Origin: Candidatus Poribacteria bacterium
GTDB taxonomy: Bacteria; Poribacteria; WGA-4E; UBA9662
Length of the DNA stretch: 64,000 nt
Reading direction: 5' to 3'
Assembly: GCA_046582655.1 (NCBI GenBank)
Contig: JAYGDX010000068.1
Span: forward strand, 32,001 to 96,000
How positions within the stretch are numbered: position 1 is the first letter of the stretch; every line of letters starts with the position of its first letter. The notes beneath the pieces are model-generated. The model was not told the DNA's origin. It ran no database searches and worked only from the letters and a program-made list of their open reading frames with translations. This document shows positions 9,760 through 20,673 of this stretch, one piece after another. The position numbers were made by a program, and so were the translations under genes.

Positions 9760-10914
9760 TTGAAGAAGAGGAAGGATCATTATCGCACACTGGGAGTGGA
9801 TTTCGATGCAACGTACGATGAAATCAAAAATGCATACCGAAAGGTAGCCATTCAGTACCATCCAGATAAAAATCTTGGTGATCAGCAAGCGGAAGAAAAA
9901 TTCAAGGCTTTGTCAGAAGCATATACTATTTTAAGCAACCCAGATCAGCGTAGAATATACGATCAAGCAGAAAGGGTAAGCTCGGGGTTAAATTATTCCA
10001 CTTCAAGCCGGAAAACTGCCGAACATAGTTCAGCCGATTTGAACAACATTTTTAATGACATTCTGAAACCCAGCAAATCAAATTCAAAAACGAACGAATA
10101 CACCAATTCGCATAAACACCGTCAGCAAAAGACCTCTCCTACGGACAATGTTGACATTAAAACAAGAGGCAAACCAGGAAACGATGTCAATACTGAAATA
10201 GCTATTTCGTTTGCTCAGTCCATCTCGGGTACAGAAGAAAATATCCGGCTTAAACGCAATGAAACCTGCAAAACCTGTGAAGGAATTGGAACCAGCGAGG
10301 AGTCAATTCAGTCTATCTGTCCAAGATGCATAGGAAAAGGCCAAGTCTCACAGTCACCATCGCTTAGCAAAGTAAAACTCGACCAGATTTGCAATCGCTG
10401 TGACGGAAAGGGAACTATCATTCATCAGCCGTGTGAAAATTGTCACGGTATCGGTGTGGTTAAAAAAGAACGGACACTGAGAGTTAAGATTCCATCAATG
10501 ACTGATAATGGTAGTTTACTTCGTTTAACAAACCAAGGACATGCCGGTGAAAATCGTGGAAATTTCGGGAATCTTTTTGTCAAAGTCGTGGTTGAAAAAC
10601 ATCCTGTCCTTGAACGGGATGGATATGACTTAAAGTGTCATATTCCAATTGGGTTTGCTACGGCAGCACTGGGCGGAAAAATAGAAGTACCGACTTTGAC
10701 CGGTCATGCTAAACTTGAGATTCCAAGTGGTACCCAGCCAAACAAAACGTTCCAAATTAATAATTTAGGAATCAAGAAGAACAAAGACGAACAAGGTAAT
10801 CTTTCTGTTACTGTTGAAATCTATGTGCCCACAAAGCTGAATAAAAAACAACAAAAACTATTGAGAGAATACAAAAAGATTGAACCAAAGTATAAATTTA
10901 ACGGAAAGAATTAG
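9760..10914 (+). CDS. dnaJ: DnaJ-family chaperone (J domain, four CxxCxGxG motifs, C-terminal domain)
   Basis: HPDKN motif; CKTCEGIG, CPRCIGKG, CNRCDGKG, CENCHGIG. Start placed at TTG 9760 after GAAGGAG; the ORF track start at 9565 overlaps the upstream gene. Confidence 0.9.
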   Translation: MKKRKDHYRTLGVDFDATYDEIKNAYRKVAIQYHPDKNLGDQQAEEKFKALSEAYTILSNPDQRRIYDQAERVSSGLNYSTSSRKTAEHSSADLNNIFNDILKPSKSNSKTNEYTNSHKHRQQKTSPTDNVDIKTRGKPGNDVNTEIAISFAQSISGTEENIRLKRNETCKTCEGIGTSEESIQSICPRCIGKGQVSQSPSLSKVKLDQICNRCDGKGTIIHQPCENCHGIGVVKKERTLRVKIPSMTDNGSLLRLTNQGHAGENRGNFGNLFVKVVVEKHPVLERDGYDLKCHIPIGFATAALGGKIEVPTLTGHAKLEIPSGTQPNKTFQINNLGIKKNKDEQGNLSVTVEIYVPTKLNKKQQKLLREYKKIEPKYKFNGKN

Positions 10915-10940
10915 ACTACCTCGTAGCCGCAGCAGTTTAA

Positions 10941-12437
10941 TCAGGGCAGATCGGTCGTACCCATCAAATAACGATCGACCTCACGTGCCGCTTCCCGACC
11001 TTCTTTGAAGGCCCAAACGACCAAACTCTGGCCTCGACGTATATCTCCCGCCGCAAAAACCCCCGGCACATTGGTCGTATATTTACCTTCTTTCGCTTGG
11101 ACGTTTGAACGTGGGTCACGCTCGACACCGAGTTGCTCCAGCATGGTATCTTCTGGGCCGAGGAAACCCATGGCTATCAACACCAGATCGGCAGGCCGGA
11201 CCGTTTCGGTACCTTCGACCGATTTAGGAAATTGTCTTCCATCATCACCTGCCACCCATTCGTATTGGCTTGTGTGTAGTTCCTTAACGTTGCCGTTTTC
11301 ATCACCGACAAATTTGGTTGTGCTGGTCAGATATTCACGAGGGTCAGCATAACCAAATTTGGCTGCCGCTTCTTCCTGACCATAATCTAGTTTGTAGATT
11401 CGGGGGAACTCGGGCCACGGGTTATTAGGTGCTCGCTCATCCGGTGGGCGAGCAACAATTTCGAACTGGGTCATCGTTTTGCAACCGTGTCGCATAGAGG
11501 TGCCAACACAGTCGGTTCCCGTATCCCCACCACCAATTACGATTACGTGCTTGTCTTTGGCTGAGATGTAGCTACCATCCGCATGCTTGGAATCGAGCAA
11601 ACTCTTGGTATTCTGGTGCAGGAATTTGACGGCAAAATGAATGCCATTTAGATCACGGCCTTCAATCGGTAAGTCCCTTGGTTTAGTGGCCCCACCACAA
11701 AGGACAACGGCATCAAATGATTGGACTAACTCTGTGGCTTGAATATCTGTGCCAATTTCAGTATTGGTGACGAAAGTAACGCCTTCTTCCGTCATTAAGT
11801 CTACCCGACGCTGGACATACTCTTTATCTAACTTCATGTTAGGGATTCCGTACATTAATAATCCACCAATCCGGTCGGCCCTTTCGTAAACTGTCACCAG
11901 ATGCCCTGCTTTATTCAGTTGAGCGGCACAAGAGAGGCCCGCTGGACCAGAACCGACAGCAGCAACCGTTTTTCCCGTCCGGCGTTCGGGGGGGGAGGCC
12001 ACGATCCAACCTTCTTCCCAACCTTTATCTGCGATGGAGACTTCGATGTTCTTGATTGTCACGGCTGGCTCGGTGATGCCTAAAACACAAGCCCCTTCAC
12101 ACGGTGCTGGACAGACCCGTCCAGTGAATTCTGGGAAGTTGTTGGTCTTGTGCAGACGATCCAGTGCCTCTTTCCACAATCCTCGGTAGATCAGATCATT
12201 CCATTCCGGGATCAGGTTGTTAATCGGACAGCCTGATGCAAATGGGGTGGTTTCTGGCAATCGCATACCGGTATGGCAAAACGGAACACCACAATCCATG
12301 CAGCGAGAACCTTGTATCTGCAACCTTCCTTCATCAAAGTGCAGATGGAATTCATCCCAATCTTCAATACGATCTAACGGTGAACGGTCATCCGGAAGCT
12401 CCTGGTCATACTCCATGAATCCGGTCGGTTTTCCCAT
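10941..12437 (-). CDS. gltD: Glutamate synthase small subunit
   Basis: [53 protein letters not shown]. Confidence 0.97.
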   Translation of the reverse strand: MGKPTGFMEYDQELPDDRSPLDRIEDWDEFHLHFDEGRLQIQGSRCMDCGVPFCHTGMRLPETTPFASGCPINNLIPEWNDLIYRGLWKEALDRLHKTNNFPEFTGRVCPAPCEGACVLGITEPAVTIKNIEVSIADKGWEEGWIVASPPERRTGKTVAAVGSGPAGLSCAAQLNKAGHLVTVYERADRIGGLLMYGIPNMKLDKEYVQRRVDLMTEEGVTFVTNTEIGTDIQATELVQSFDAVVLCGGATKPRDLPIEGRDLNGIHFAVKFLHQNTKSLLDSKHADGSYISAKDKHVIVIGGGDTGTDCVGTSMRHGCKTMTQFEIVARPPDERAPNNPWPEFPRIYKLDYGQEEAAAKFGYADPREYLTSTTKFVGDENGNVKELHTSQYEWVAGDDGRQFPKSVEGTETVRPADLVLIAMGFLGPEDTMLEQLGVERDPRSNVQAKEGKYTTNVPGVFAAGDIRRGQSLVVWAFKEGREAAREVDRYLMGTTDLP

Positions 12438-12468
12438 CCTATCTCCTTCGCCTTAAAACTTTTTTAAG

Positions 12469-12497
12469 TTCTGTGTGTATTTTAAATTCACACAGAA
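12469..12497. other. Stem-loop between gltB and gltD
   Basis: TTCTGTGTG-N11-CACACAGAA perfect 9-bp inverted repeat. Confidence 0.5.
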
Positions 12498-12505
12498 GAC
12501 ATCAT

Positions 12506-15500
12506 TTAGACATTCGCTGAAACCTCAATACCACGCCGAAATGCAGCTAACCATGCATCATCGCCCTGTAGACCTTCTTTTTGAACTTCTTGGTAGGCGT
12601 CAAGGATACGTTTATAGTCATCCGGCACCACCTTGACAAATTGAGACACGATTTTGTCCCAATCGGCTAAAATCTCCCAAGCTAGGCTACTGCGTGTGTA
12701 CTCAGCGTGTCGGTGTATCATCCCTCTGACATCTTCAATTTCTTCAGTATCTTTTAGTCCTTCAAGGCCGCACTGATCCTGGTTGCAACGAATATGGAAG
12801 TCGCCATCGCGATCAAGGACATAGGCAGTCCCCCCCGACATACCTCCAGCAAAATTACGACCGGTTTCACCAAGGATGACGACCTTACCTCCAGTCATAT
12901 ATTCACATCCATGATCTCCAACTCCTTCGACGACTGCGTGAACACCACTATTCCGGACACAGAATCGCTCGCCGACCAACCCACGAATGTATGCTTCTCC
13001 GCTAGTCGCACCGTAAAAAGCCACATTACCAGCGATAATGTTCTCTTCAGGCTTAAATGATGATCCTTCAGGTGGGTATGCGATCAGCTTACTGCCGGAA
13101 AGACCTTTTCCAAAGTAGTCGTTCGCATCACCTTCAAGACGGAAGGTGATGCCAGGAGGAGTGAAGGCAGCAAAAGACTGTCCAGCAGATCCTTGAAAAT
13201 GAATGTCGATGGTATCCTCCGGCAAGCCTTCAGGTCCAAATTTCCGAGTTACATCGCTTCCCAGAATTGTGCCAACTACTCGATCTGTATTTTTGATCGG
13301 CAAAGTTCCTGTAACCTTCTCTCCCTTTTGCAAAGCCGGTTCGCAAAGATCAAGTAGAACTTGATTATCTACCGAATTTTCTAGACCGTGATCTTGATCA
13401 ATTTGGCAATATCGACCGATTTCTGGACCAACATCAGGTTGGTGGAGAATTGGCGTTAGATCCAATCCTTTAGCTTTCCAGTGTTCAACAGCTTTCTTTG
13501 GCTCAAGCAGATCGGTACGCCCAATCATCTCACTGACAGTTCGCATACCAAGACTGGCCATAATTTCACGCATGTCCTCTGCAATGAAGCGAAGGAAATT
13601 GACTACATATTCCGGATCACCCATAAAATTTTTGCGTAGTTCCGGATTCTGCGTAGCAACACCAACAGGACAGGTATCGAGATGACAGACTCGCATCATA
13701 ATACAACCGAGCGAAACTAAAGGAGTTGTAGCAAATCCAAACTCTTCAGCACCCAATAATGTTGCCATAACAACATCGCGGCCTGTTTTTAACTGACCGT
13801 CAGTCTCCACCACGATGCGAGAGCGCAGGTTATTCAGTACCAAGGTCTGGTGGGTTTCAGCTACACCCAACTCCCAAGGTAATCCTGCATGCTTGATACT
13901 GGTCTGAGGTGAAGCCCCCGTACCACCATCAAGGCCACTAATTAAAACCACGTCAGCGTGTCCTTTGGCCACACCGGCAGCAATGGTTCCAACGCCGACT
14001 TCGGAAACAAGCTTGACATTGATCCGCGCGTGATGATTCGAGTTTTTCAGATCATGAATCAACTGAGCCAAATCTTCAATAGAGTAGATATCATGGTGTG
14101 GTGGTGGTGAGATGAGTTCAACACCCGGAGTGGAGTGTCGAACCTTGGCAATCCATGGGTAGACCTTACGACCTGGTAACTCCCCTCCCTCACCAGGTTT
14201 TGCTCCCTGCGCCATTTTGATCTGTAGTTCCTTAGCATGAACCAAATAGTTACTGGTTACACCAAACCGACCGGAAGCAACCTGCTTAATGGCACTGTTT
14301 TTCGAGTCACCATTTGGCTCAAGAGTGTATCGAATTGGATCTTCTCCACCTTCACCAGTGTTGCTTTTCCCACCGATGCGGTTCATGGCAATCGCCAACG
14401 CCTCATGCGCTTCCTTGCTTATAGATCCATAGGACATAGCCCCAGTTTTAAATCGCTTAAATATTTCTTCGACAGGCTCTACTTCTTCAATCGGGATCGG
14501 ATCGTCGTCCAATTTCAATTCTAGCAACCCGCGTAAAGTGCCAATTTGCTCGGAGTGCTCATTAATTAGCTCGGCGTACTCTTTATAGACATCGTAGTTA
14601 TTGGTACGAGTGGCCAATTGCAACTTGTGGATCGTCTTGGGGTTGAACAAATGGTATTCACCATCTTGACGCCATTGATACTGACCACCAACATCCAACG
14701 TTTGATTATCAACTGGAATATCGGGATAGGCCCGACGATGCCTCATGAATGCTTCACGAGCGATCACGTCCAAGCCAATGCCCTCCACACGGGTATCCGT
14801 CCAAGTGAAGTATTTATTAACGACTTCTTGCTTAATGCCGATGGCCTCAAAAATCTGAGCGCCTCGATAGGACTTAATCGTTGAAATTCCCATCTTGGCC
14901 ATCACTTTGATGACACCTTTCGTAGCGGATTTGATATACCCTTTCACCGCATCATGGTAGGCAATATCTGTCAGTTGGCCTTCTTGAATCATGTCAGCCA
15001 AACTTTCAAAAGCCATATAGGGATTGATGGCTTGCACACCATAGCCAATCAACAAACAAAAATGATGGACTTCACGCGATTCACCGGACTCAAGCGCAAT
15101 TCCAACTTTCGTTCGAGATCCCTCTCTGATTAAATGATGGTGTAGACCTGAAACGGCAAGTAATGCTGGAATTGGTACGTGGTCCTTATCGAGTCCTCGA
15201 TCCGATAAGATCAGAATATTGTAGTCGTCTTCAATGGCTTGATCGGCTGCTGTAAATAGTTTATCCAGTGCTTTTTCAAGTCCATCTTCGCCATCGGATC
15301 GGGCGAATAGAATCGGCAACGTTGTAGAGCTAAAACCAGGTTGATCGATTTGACGGAGCTGTTCTAGTTCTTCGTCCGATAGGACTGGTGTTTGCAACTT
15401 AACCTGCCGACAACTTTCGGGTTGTGGATTGAGGAGATTTCGTTCCGGCCCAATGGTTGTTTCAGCAGAGGTGATGATTTCCTCTTTAAGCGGATCTAAA

Positions 15501-17119
15501 GGTGGATTAGTTACCTGTGCGAAAAGCTGCTTAAAATAATTATAGAGCAGCTGCGGTTTATGGGACAAAACCGCTAAAGGAGCATCGTTTCCCATTGAGC
15601 CAACTGGATCTCTGCCGATCTTTGACATCGGTCCTAGAAAAACTCGTTGATCTTCGAAAGTGTAGCCGAAAGCTTGTTGACGTTGTAAGATGGCGTTATG
15701 ATCTTTTTCCGGTTCTTTCGGTTGTACTTCCGGTAAATCTGACAGGGAAACCATATACTTATCCAACCATTGGCGGTAAGGATGTTCAGCAGCGATCTGA
15801 TTCTTGACCTCCTCATCACTGACAATTCGACCTTCCTGAGTATCGATTAGCAGAATCCGCCCCGGTTGTAGCCGACCTTTGTAAGCTACCATTTCGGGTG
15901 CGACATCCATTACGCCAGCTTCCGAAGCCAGAACAATCACGTCATCTTTGGTGACATAGTAGCGTGAGGGTCGCAGACCGTTTCGGTCGAGGCAGGCACC
16001 AACCACTATCCCGTCGGTGAAAGCAATTGAAGCAGGACCATCCCACGGTTCCATTAAGCAACTGTGGTATTCATAAAAAGCACGTTTCTCGTCGCTCATA
16101 CTCTCATGATTCTCCCAAGGTTCGGGAATCATCATCATAGCAGCATGTGGCATTGATCGCCCAGCCAAAGAAAGGAACTCTAGGCAATTGTCAAAGATGG
16201 CAGAGTCGCTACCATCCTCATCCAAAATCGGGAAAACTTTCGACAAATCCTCTCCAAACAATTCGGATGCTAACATAGCTTGCCGAGTTTTCATCCAATT
16301 CTGGTTGCCACGTACCGTGTTAATTTCACCGTTATGGATTAGATATCGATATGGGTGAGACCGCTCCCAAGAGGGAAAAGTGTTAGTGGAAAATCGGGAG
16401 TGAATAAGAGCGATCGCTGTTGCCATACGGGAATCCTGTAGATCCGGATAGAATTCCCTGACCTGCATGGTGGTGAGCATGCCCTTGTAAACAATGGTTC
16501 GACAGGATAAGCTAGGGATATAGAAGTTTGGATCTTGACCCCCATACCGAATGATATTGGAGGCCCGTTTTCGAATGAGGTACAACTTGCGATCGAAAGC
16601 TAAATCATCTTGTATTTCAGAACCACGACCAATAAAAGCTTGCCAGACAGATGGTTCGGCTGAACGAGAAGTCGGTCCCAAGTAAAAATTGTCGGTTGGT
16701 ACTCTGCGCCAACCAAGAAAACTTTGACCTTCTTCGGTGACAATTTCCTCAAACTTTTTCTGGCAGTTGCGGCGTAATTCCCGATCTTCAGTCTGGGTAA
16801 AGAAGATCATGCCCACACCATATTGGCCGCGATCAGGCAAGTCTACACCGATCCCTTCGCAAGCATGTTCAAGAAACTCGTGCGGAATTTGCATGAGAAT
16901 ACCTGCCCCGTCACCCGTGTTATCTTCGCAACCACGAGCCCCTCGGTGATCTAAGCAGTCCAAGGCACCGAGTGCCTGACGTACAATGTGATGAGATCTT
17001 TCTCCGTTGATATTAGCGACAAAGCCAATACCACATGCGTCATGTTCGTAAGTTGGATTGTAGAGTCCCTGCTTTTGGGGCAAGCCAACCTTTTGGGGCA
17101 AGCCAACCAATTTTGTCAT
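12506..17119 (-). CDS. gltB: Glutamate synthase large subunit
   Basis: HDACGIGF (Ntn cysteine), [43 protein letters not shown]. Confidence 0.98.
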   Translation of the reverse strand: MTKLVGLPQKVGLPQKQGLYNPTYEHDACGIGFVANINGERSHHIVRQALGALDCLDHRGARGCEDNTGDGAGILMQIPHEFLEHACEGIGVDLPDRGQYGVGMIFFTQTEDRELRRNCQKKFEEIVTEEGQSFLGWRRVPTDNFYLGPTSRSAEPSVWQAFIGRGSEIQDDLAFDRKLYLIRKRASNIIRYGGQDPNFYIPSLSCRTIVYKGMLTTMQVREFYPDLQDSRMATAIALIHSRFSTNTFPSWERSHPYRYLIHNGEINTVRGNQNWMKTRQAMLASELFGEDLSKVFPILDEDGSDSAIFDNCLEFLSLAGRSMPHAAMMMIPEPWENHESMSDEKRAFYEYHSCLMEPWDGPASIAFTDGIVVGACLDRNGLRPSRYYVTKDDVIVLASEAGVMDVAPEMVAYKGRLQPGRILLIDTQEGRIVSDEEVKNQIAAEHPYRQWLDKYMVSLSDLPEVQPKEPEKDHNAILQRQQAFGYTFEDQRVFLGPMSKIGRDPVGSMGNDAPLAVLSHKPQLLYNYFKQLFAQVTNPPLDPLKEEIITSAETTIGPERNLLNPQPESCRQVKLQTPVLSDEELEQLRQIDQPGFSSTTLPILFARSDGEDGLEKALDKLFTAADQAIEDDYNILILSDRGLDKDHVPIPALLAVSGLHHHLIREGSRTKVGIALESGESREVHHFCLLIGYGVQAINPYMAFESLADMIQEGQLTDIAYHDAVKGYIKSATKGVIKVMAKMGISTIKSYRGAQIFEAIGIKQEVVNKYFTWTDTRVEGIGLDVIAREAFMRHRRAYPDIPVDNQTLDVGGQYQWRQDGEYHLFNPKTIHKLQLATRTNNYDVYKEYAELINEHSEQIGTLRGLLELKLDDDPIPIEEVEPVEEIFKRFKTGAMSYGSISKEAHEALAIAMNRIGGKSNTGEGGEDPIRYTLEPNGDSKNSAIKQVASGRFGVTSNYLVHAKELQIKMAQGAKPGEGGELPGRKVYPWIAKVRHSTPGVELISPPPHHDIYSIEDLAQLIHDLKNSNHHARINVKLVSEVGVGTIAAGVAKGHADVVLISGLDGGTGASPQTSIKHAGLPWELGVAETHQTLVLNNLRSRIVVETDGQLKTGRDVVMATLLGAEEFGFATTPLVSLGCIMMRVCHLDTCPVGVATQNPELRKNFMGDPEYVVNFLRFIAEDMREIMASLGMRTVSEMIGRTDLLEPKKAVEHWKAKGLDLTPILHQPDVGPEIGRYCQIDQDHGLENSVDNQVLLDLCEPALQKGEKVTGTLPIKNTDRVVGTILGSDVTRKFGPEGLPEDTIDIHFQGSAGQSFAAFTPPGITFRLEGDANDYFGKGLSGSKLIAYPPEGSSFKPEENIIAGNVAFYGATSGEAYIRGLVGERFCVRNSGVHAVVEGVGDHGCEYMTGGKVVILGETGRNFAGGMSGGTAYVLDRDGDFHIRCNQDQCGLEGLKDTEEIEDVRGMIHRHAEYTRSSLAWEILADWDKIVSQFVKVVPDDYKRILDAYQEVQKEGLQGDDAWLAAFRRGIEVSANV

Positions 17120-17421
17120 CGTGGAACCTCCATAATATTGCTACCTAGAAGCTACCTTTTGCCTGTTCTGATATATTTCATTTTCGGGATTTTAAAATAA
17201 ACTCGCATTCATTGTGAGAGAATGACACATCGTCCTACAGAGAATTATAGCTAGGTAGAGAATCACGGTAGGTTGAACGTATAAGGAGTACAATCTTAAG
17301 CAAAAGCCTTCGGTATTGTACTGTAACCGCAATTCAATTTCCCAAAGTCTTGGCAGATATTAACGAGGGGCGCAGGCGGACAGAACATAGCCGTACTGTA
17401 ACTAAATATCACTCGGCCGAG

Positions 17422-17450
17422 ATAATACATTAGATTGATCTTTGTGTCAA
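17422..17450 (-). promoter_or_regulatory. Sigma70-type promoter for gltBD
   Basis: Minus strand TTGACA-N17-TATTAT, about 300 nt upstream of the gltB start. Confidence 0.7.
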
Positions 17451-17477
17451 GGATTTTAATGAAGCACAAGGATTTCC

Positions 17478-17507
17478 TTGACAGTCCCTCCAATTTTTTG
17501 CTATGAT
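17478..17507 (+). promoter_or_regulatory. Sigma70-type promoter for the citrate synthase-icd-mdh operon
   Basis: TTGACA-N18-TATGAT with an extended -10 (TGcTATGAT). Confidence 0.7.
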
Positions 17508-17781
17508 ATCTATGTTGCTTTGACAGCTCATTGATGGATGCTAGTACTATTCAGTGATTTTTAAGAGCCACCGCAAAATCCAGTTCCTCAAGCTCTATCT
17601 ATATTGATGTTCAAGCCTGACTTTTATATATCATATGGGTAATTATGCCCGAAATTCTATCTTGAATTTCATTTCCATTCAAGAAAACATATACTACGAA
17701 CATTCACCAAATATCGAACTTATGTTTTTTGATAGCAACCCAAGTTGAGCTAGTCCGCTGTTTACTATTAAGGAGAATTCA

Positions 17782-19359
17782 ATGGCAACCAGCCAAACAC
17801 AGACTTCTCAAATAGCGCTAATCCGGAAAATGTTGTCGGAACTACCCGCCGCTTCAGACTACGCTCCTGTAGCAGAAGCAATAGGCCGAAGTACCGAGTT
17901 AGGTGAGATGGAGATTGCTAATTCCTTAAGTGGGTTAGTCTCGATGCCACAATCAACAATGGTCTTCGCCAATCCCGTGTCACACACAGCTAAAGTTGAT
18001 TGTAACGGAACAAATATCGAATTAAAAATCCGGAGTTTCTCCATCCGTGGATTGGTGGGAGAAAGTGAAATCGTCGCTGGAAATATAACGCCCTCCCATC
18101 TCATTTTTGTTGGCCTCTTTGGTCGCCTACCTCAAAGAACCAGTTTGATCGATGAAGAATCATTGTTCCAATCCTTAATAGATAAAAAATTTTATCAAAT
18201 TATACATGCCAAACAAAACGGTATCTCCGGCATAAAACCAATAAGCCTCCACGTTGCTGAATTTATGAAAGTTTTTTCTCAAGTTGGACCGGAGATTGCC
18301 ATCCAACATATTACAACGCTTCACAAAGCAGCATATTCAGAGAAATGGAGACAACCTCGTGGTTTTGATGACCGACGACACAATGGATATTTTTTAATCC
18401 GGAAAATTCATGTACACATGATGAATGTGGCAGTGGGTGCGATGTCGACCTATATGCGGTATCTACTCAAGGATTCACCAAGTCTAACCAAGCAGGATCT
18501 GGCAGATGAGACATGCAACTTCATTGAACAGCATAAGGGAGAAGGCAAAACTGCTTTTGAAACCTGTTATAGCCTATTGCTAGGACGAAAAGCAAACGAT
18601 GTCGAAACCAAAATTTTGGAGCGAATGGGAATAATTCAGACGCATCATGGATCCGCTGCTTCGAATATGGTTGCTCGTTACATGTCGACTTTACACGCAG
18701 TCACCGTCTCGGATTTCTTTAGTGCTGCCCAGATGATTCTTGACGGTAAACGTCATTTTGGAGCCATACATGACATGACAGCATTCATCAAAGAGCTGGA
18801 AAAAATACCAGTAACAGATCAGGTTCGAATCATCAAGGAAAAAGTAATGACAGGAGGACTCCCGACTTTCGGGCACCCAGAAATATCAGCGGCTGGTCGT
18901 GGGAATCAAATTCAACAGGATCCTCGTGCGGCAATCTATCTATCACCGTTTTTTGAAGCAATAGATCAAAAAGATCTCCGACTCTCAGGCAGGCAACTTG
19001 AGAGGCTAAAGATAGTCCAGCGCATTTATCAAATCGCTTTTATTGAAGGAATAAAAAAACCTGATCAAGAAGGCCTGCCACCGCTTCGACTAACGCCAAA
19101 CACCGATTTCGGGGCTTGGTGTGTTCAGGAGGGGTTAGGCATTGATGATCCGGACCGAACTCTATTAACCTACATTTTCAGAGGCTTTGGCTGGATAATG
19201 GATGCCAGAGAACAACTCCAGCAAAAGATTATACGCCCGGTTGTTGCGCCCCATCCCAACATTATACCCAAGGCTGATAATAACTCCACAGTTCCAGATC
19301 AGGTAGTGAATGTTCACAAGCGTCTAGCAGAAAATGATGCATTTAGCCCTTCAGAATGA
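17782..19359 (+). CDS. Highly diverged citrate synthase-family protein
   Basis: Motifs in the expected order: HHGSAASNM, KRHFGA, PTFGHP, DPRA, PNTDF, RGFGW...EQ...IIRP; directly upstream of icd and mdh. Confidence 0.8.
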   Translation: MATSQTQTSQIALIRKMLSELPAASDYAPVAEAIGRSTELGEMEIANSLSGLVSMPQSTMVFANPVSHTAKVDCNGTNIELKIRSFSIRGLVGESEIVAGNITPSHLIFVGLFGRLPQRTSLIDEESLFQSLIDKKFYQIIHAKQNGISGIKPISLHVAEFMKVFSQVGPEIAIQHITTLHKAAYSEKWRQPRGFDDRRHNGYFLIRKIHVHMMNVAVGAMSTYMRYLLKDSPSLTKQDLADETCNFIEQHKGEGKTAFETCYSLLLGRKANDVETKILERMGIIQTHHGSAASNMVARYMSTLHAVTVSDFFSAAQMILDGKRHFGAIHDMTAFIKELEKIPVTDQVRIIKEKVMTGGLPTFGHPEISAAGRGNQIQQDPRAAIYLSPFFEAIDQKDLRLSGRQLERLKIVQRIYQIAFIEGIKKPDQEGLPPLRLTPNTDFGAWCVQEGLGIDDPDRTLLTYIFRGFGWIMDAREQLQQKIIRPVVAPHPNIIPKADNNSTVPDQVVNVHKRLAENDAFSPSE

Positions 19360-19419
19360 TGCATTTAGCCCTGCAGTTTGAGACAAGAATTAAGATCACG
19401 TTGTTTGAAAGGAGTTGAA

Positions 19420-20661
19420 ATGGACGCATTTGAGAAGCTAGAAATCCCGAAAGACGGAGAAATTATCAGCAAGGAAAATGGAAGACTGGCTGTTCCAGAT
19501 CAACCTATTATTCCTGTGATTGAAGGTGATGGGATTGGGCGTGACATCATGAAAGCGACACGCCATGTTATAGATAGGGCTGTTGAAAAAGCATATGATA
19601 ATCATAAAAAGATTGTCTGGCTTGATATTTACGCTGGTGAGAGTGGACATGAGAAATACGGTGAATGGCTGCCACAAGACACCCTAAAAGCTATCCCATT
19701 TTTCCGTGTCGCGCTTAAAGGCCCCCTTACAACACCAGTTGGTGGTGGATTTCGAAGCTTAAATGTTTCACTTCGACAACAACTTGACCTTTACGCCTGC
19801 ATTCGACCAGTACGTCACTTTGAAGGCGTTGTAACTCCAGTGCGCAAACCGGGCGATATGGATGTTGTCATCTTTCGGGAGAACACAGAAGATGTTTATG
19901 CTGGAATCGAGTGGCAACAAGGTACTGATGAGGCAAAAAGAGTAATTAACTTTCTAAAGGAAATGGGAATCAAGATCCGTGAAGACTCAGGTATAGGAGT
20001 TAAACCGATCAGCATCACTGGCACCAAACGGATTGTCCGTATGGCAATTCAGCATGCAATTGATCACAGCTGCGAGAGTGTAACAATCGTTCATAAAGGA
20101 AACATAATGAAGTACACGGAAGGCGCTTTTAGGGATTGGGGATACCAACTCGCCCAAGAAGAATTCGCGGAACAGGTGATAGCCGAATCTGATTTATGGG
20201 ACCAATATAATGGAGAAAATCCTGAAGGTAAAATCGTCATCAAAGATAGAATTGCTGATAGCATGCTGCAACAAATTCTGACGAGAACTCGTGAATACGA
20301 CGTAATTGTAACTCCCAATTTGAATGGGGACTACCTATCAGATGCGTGTGCCGCTCAAGTTGGCGGGATTGGCATGGCTCCGGGTGCGAACATTGGAGAT
20401 GAAGCAGCGTTGTTTGAAGCAACTCATGGAACAGCACCCAAATATGCGGATCAGAATGTGGCCAATCCGAGTTCACTTATACTGTCCGCGGTCATGATGC
20501 TTGAGTACATCGGCTGGCAGAAAGCCGCAGATCTAGTTATCAGAGGAATCTCGAAATCAATTTCCCAAAAGAGAGTTACTTACGACTTGGAAAGACTAAT
20601 GGAAGATGCAACCAAACTCCACACTTCCGAATTCGCATCAGCAATTATCGAAAACTTTTAA
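19420..20661 (+). CDS. icd: Isocitrate dehydrogenase (dimeric, E. coli type)
   Basis: [61 protein letters not shown] at 19420 after GGAG. Confidence 0.97.
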   Translation: MDAFEKLEIPKDGEIISKENGRLAVPDQPIIPVIEGDGIGRDIMKATRHVIDRAVEKAYDNHKKIVWLDIYAGESGHEKYGEWLPQDTLKAIPFFRVALKGPLTTPVGGGFRSLNVSLRQQLDLYACIRPVRHFEGVVTPVRKPGDMDVVIFRENTEDVYAGIEWQQGTDEAKRVINFLKEMGIKIREDSGIGVKPISITGTKRIVRMAIQHAIDHSCESVTIVHKGNIMKYTEGAFRDWGYQLAQEEFAEQVIAESDLWDQYNGENPEGKIVIKDRIADSMLQQILTRTREYDVIVTPNLNGDYLSDACAAQVGGIGMAPGANIGDEAALFEATHGTAPKYADQNVANPSSLILSAVMMLEYIGWQKAADLVIRGISKSISQKRVTYDLERLMEDATKLHTSEFASAIIENF

Positions 20662-20673
20662 GGAAAACATGAA

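Noticed and set aside
11005..17200. Short ORFs antisense to or nested in gltBD and other long genes
   Set aside because: Shadow ORFs of well-supported genes, with no recognisable motifs.
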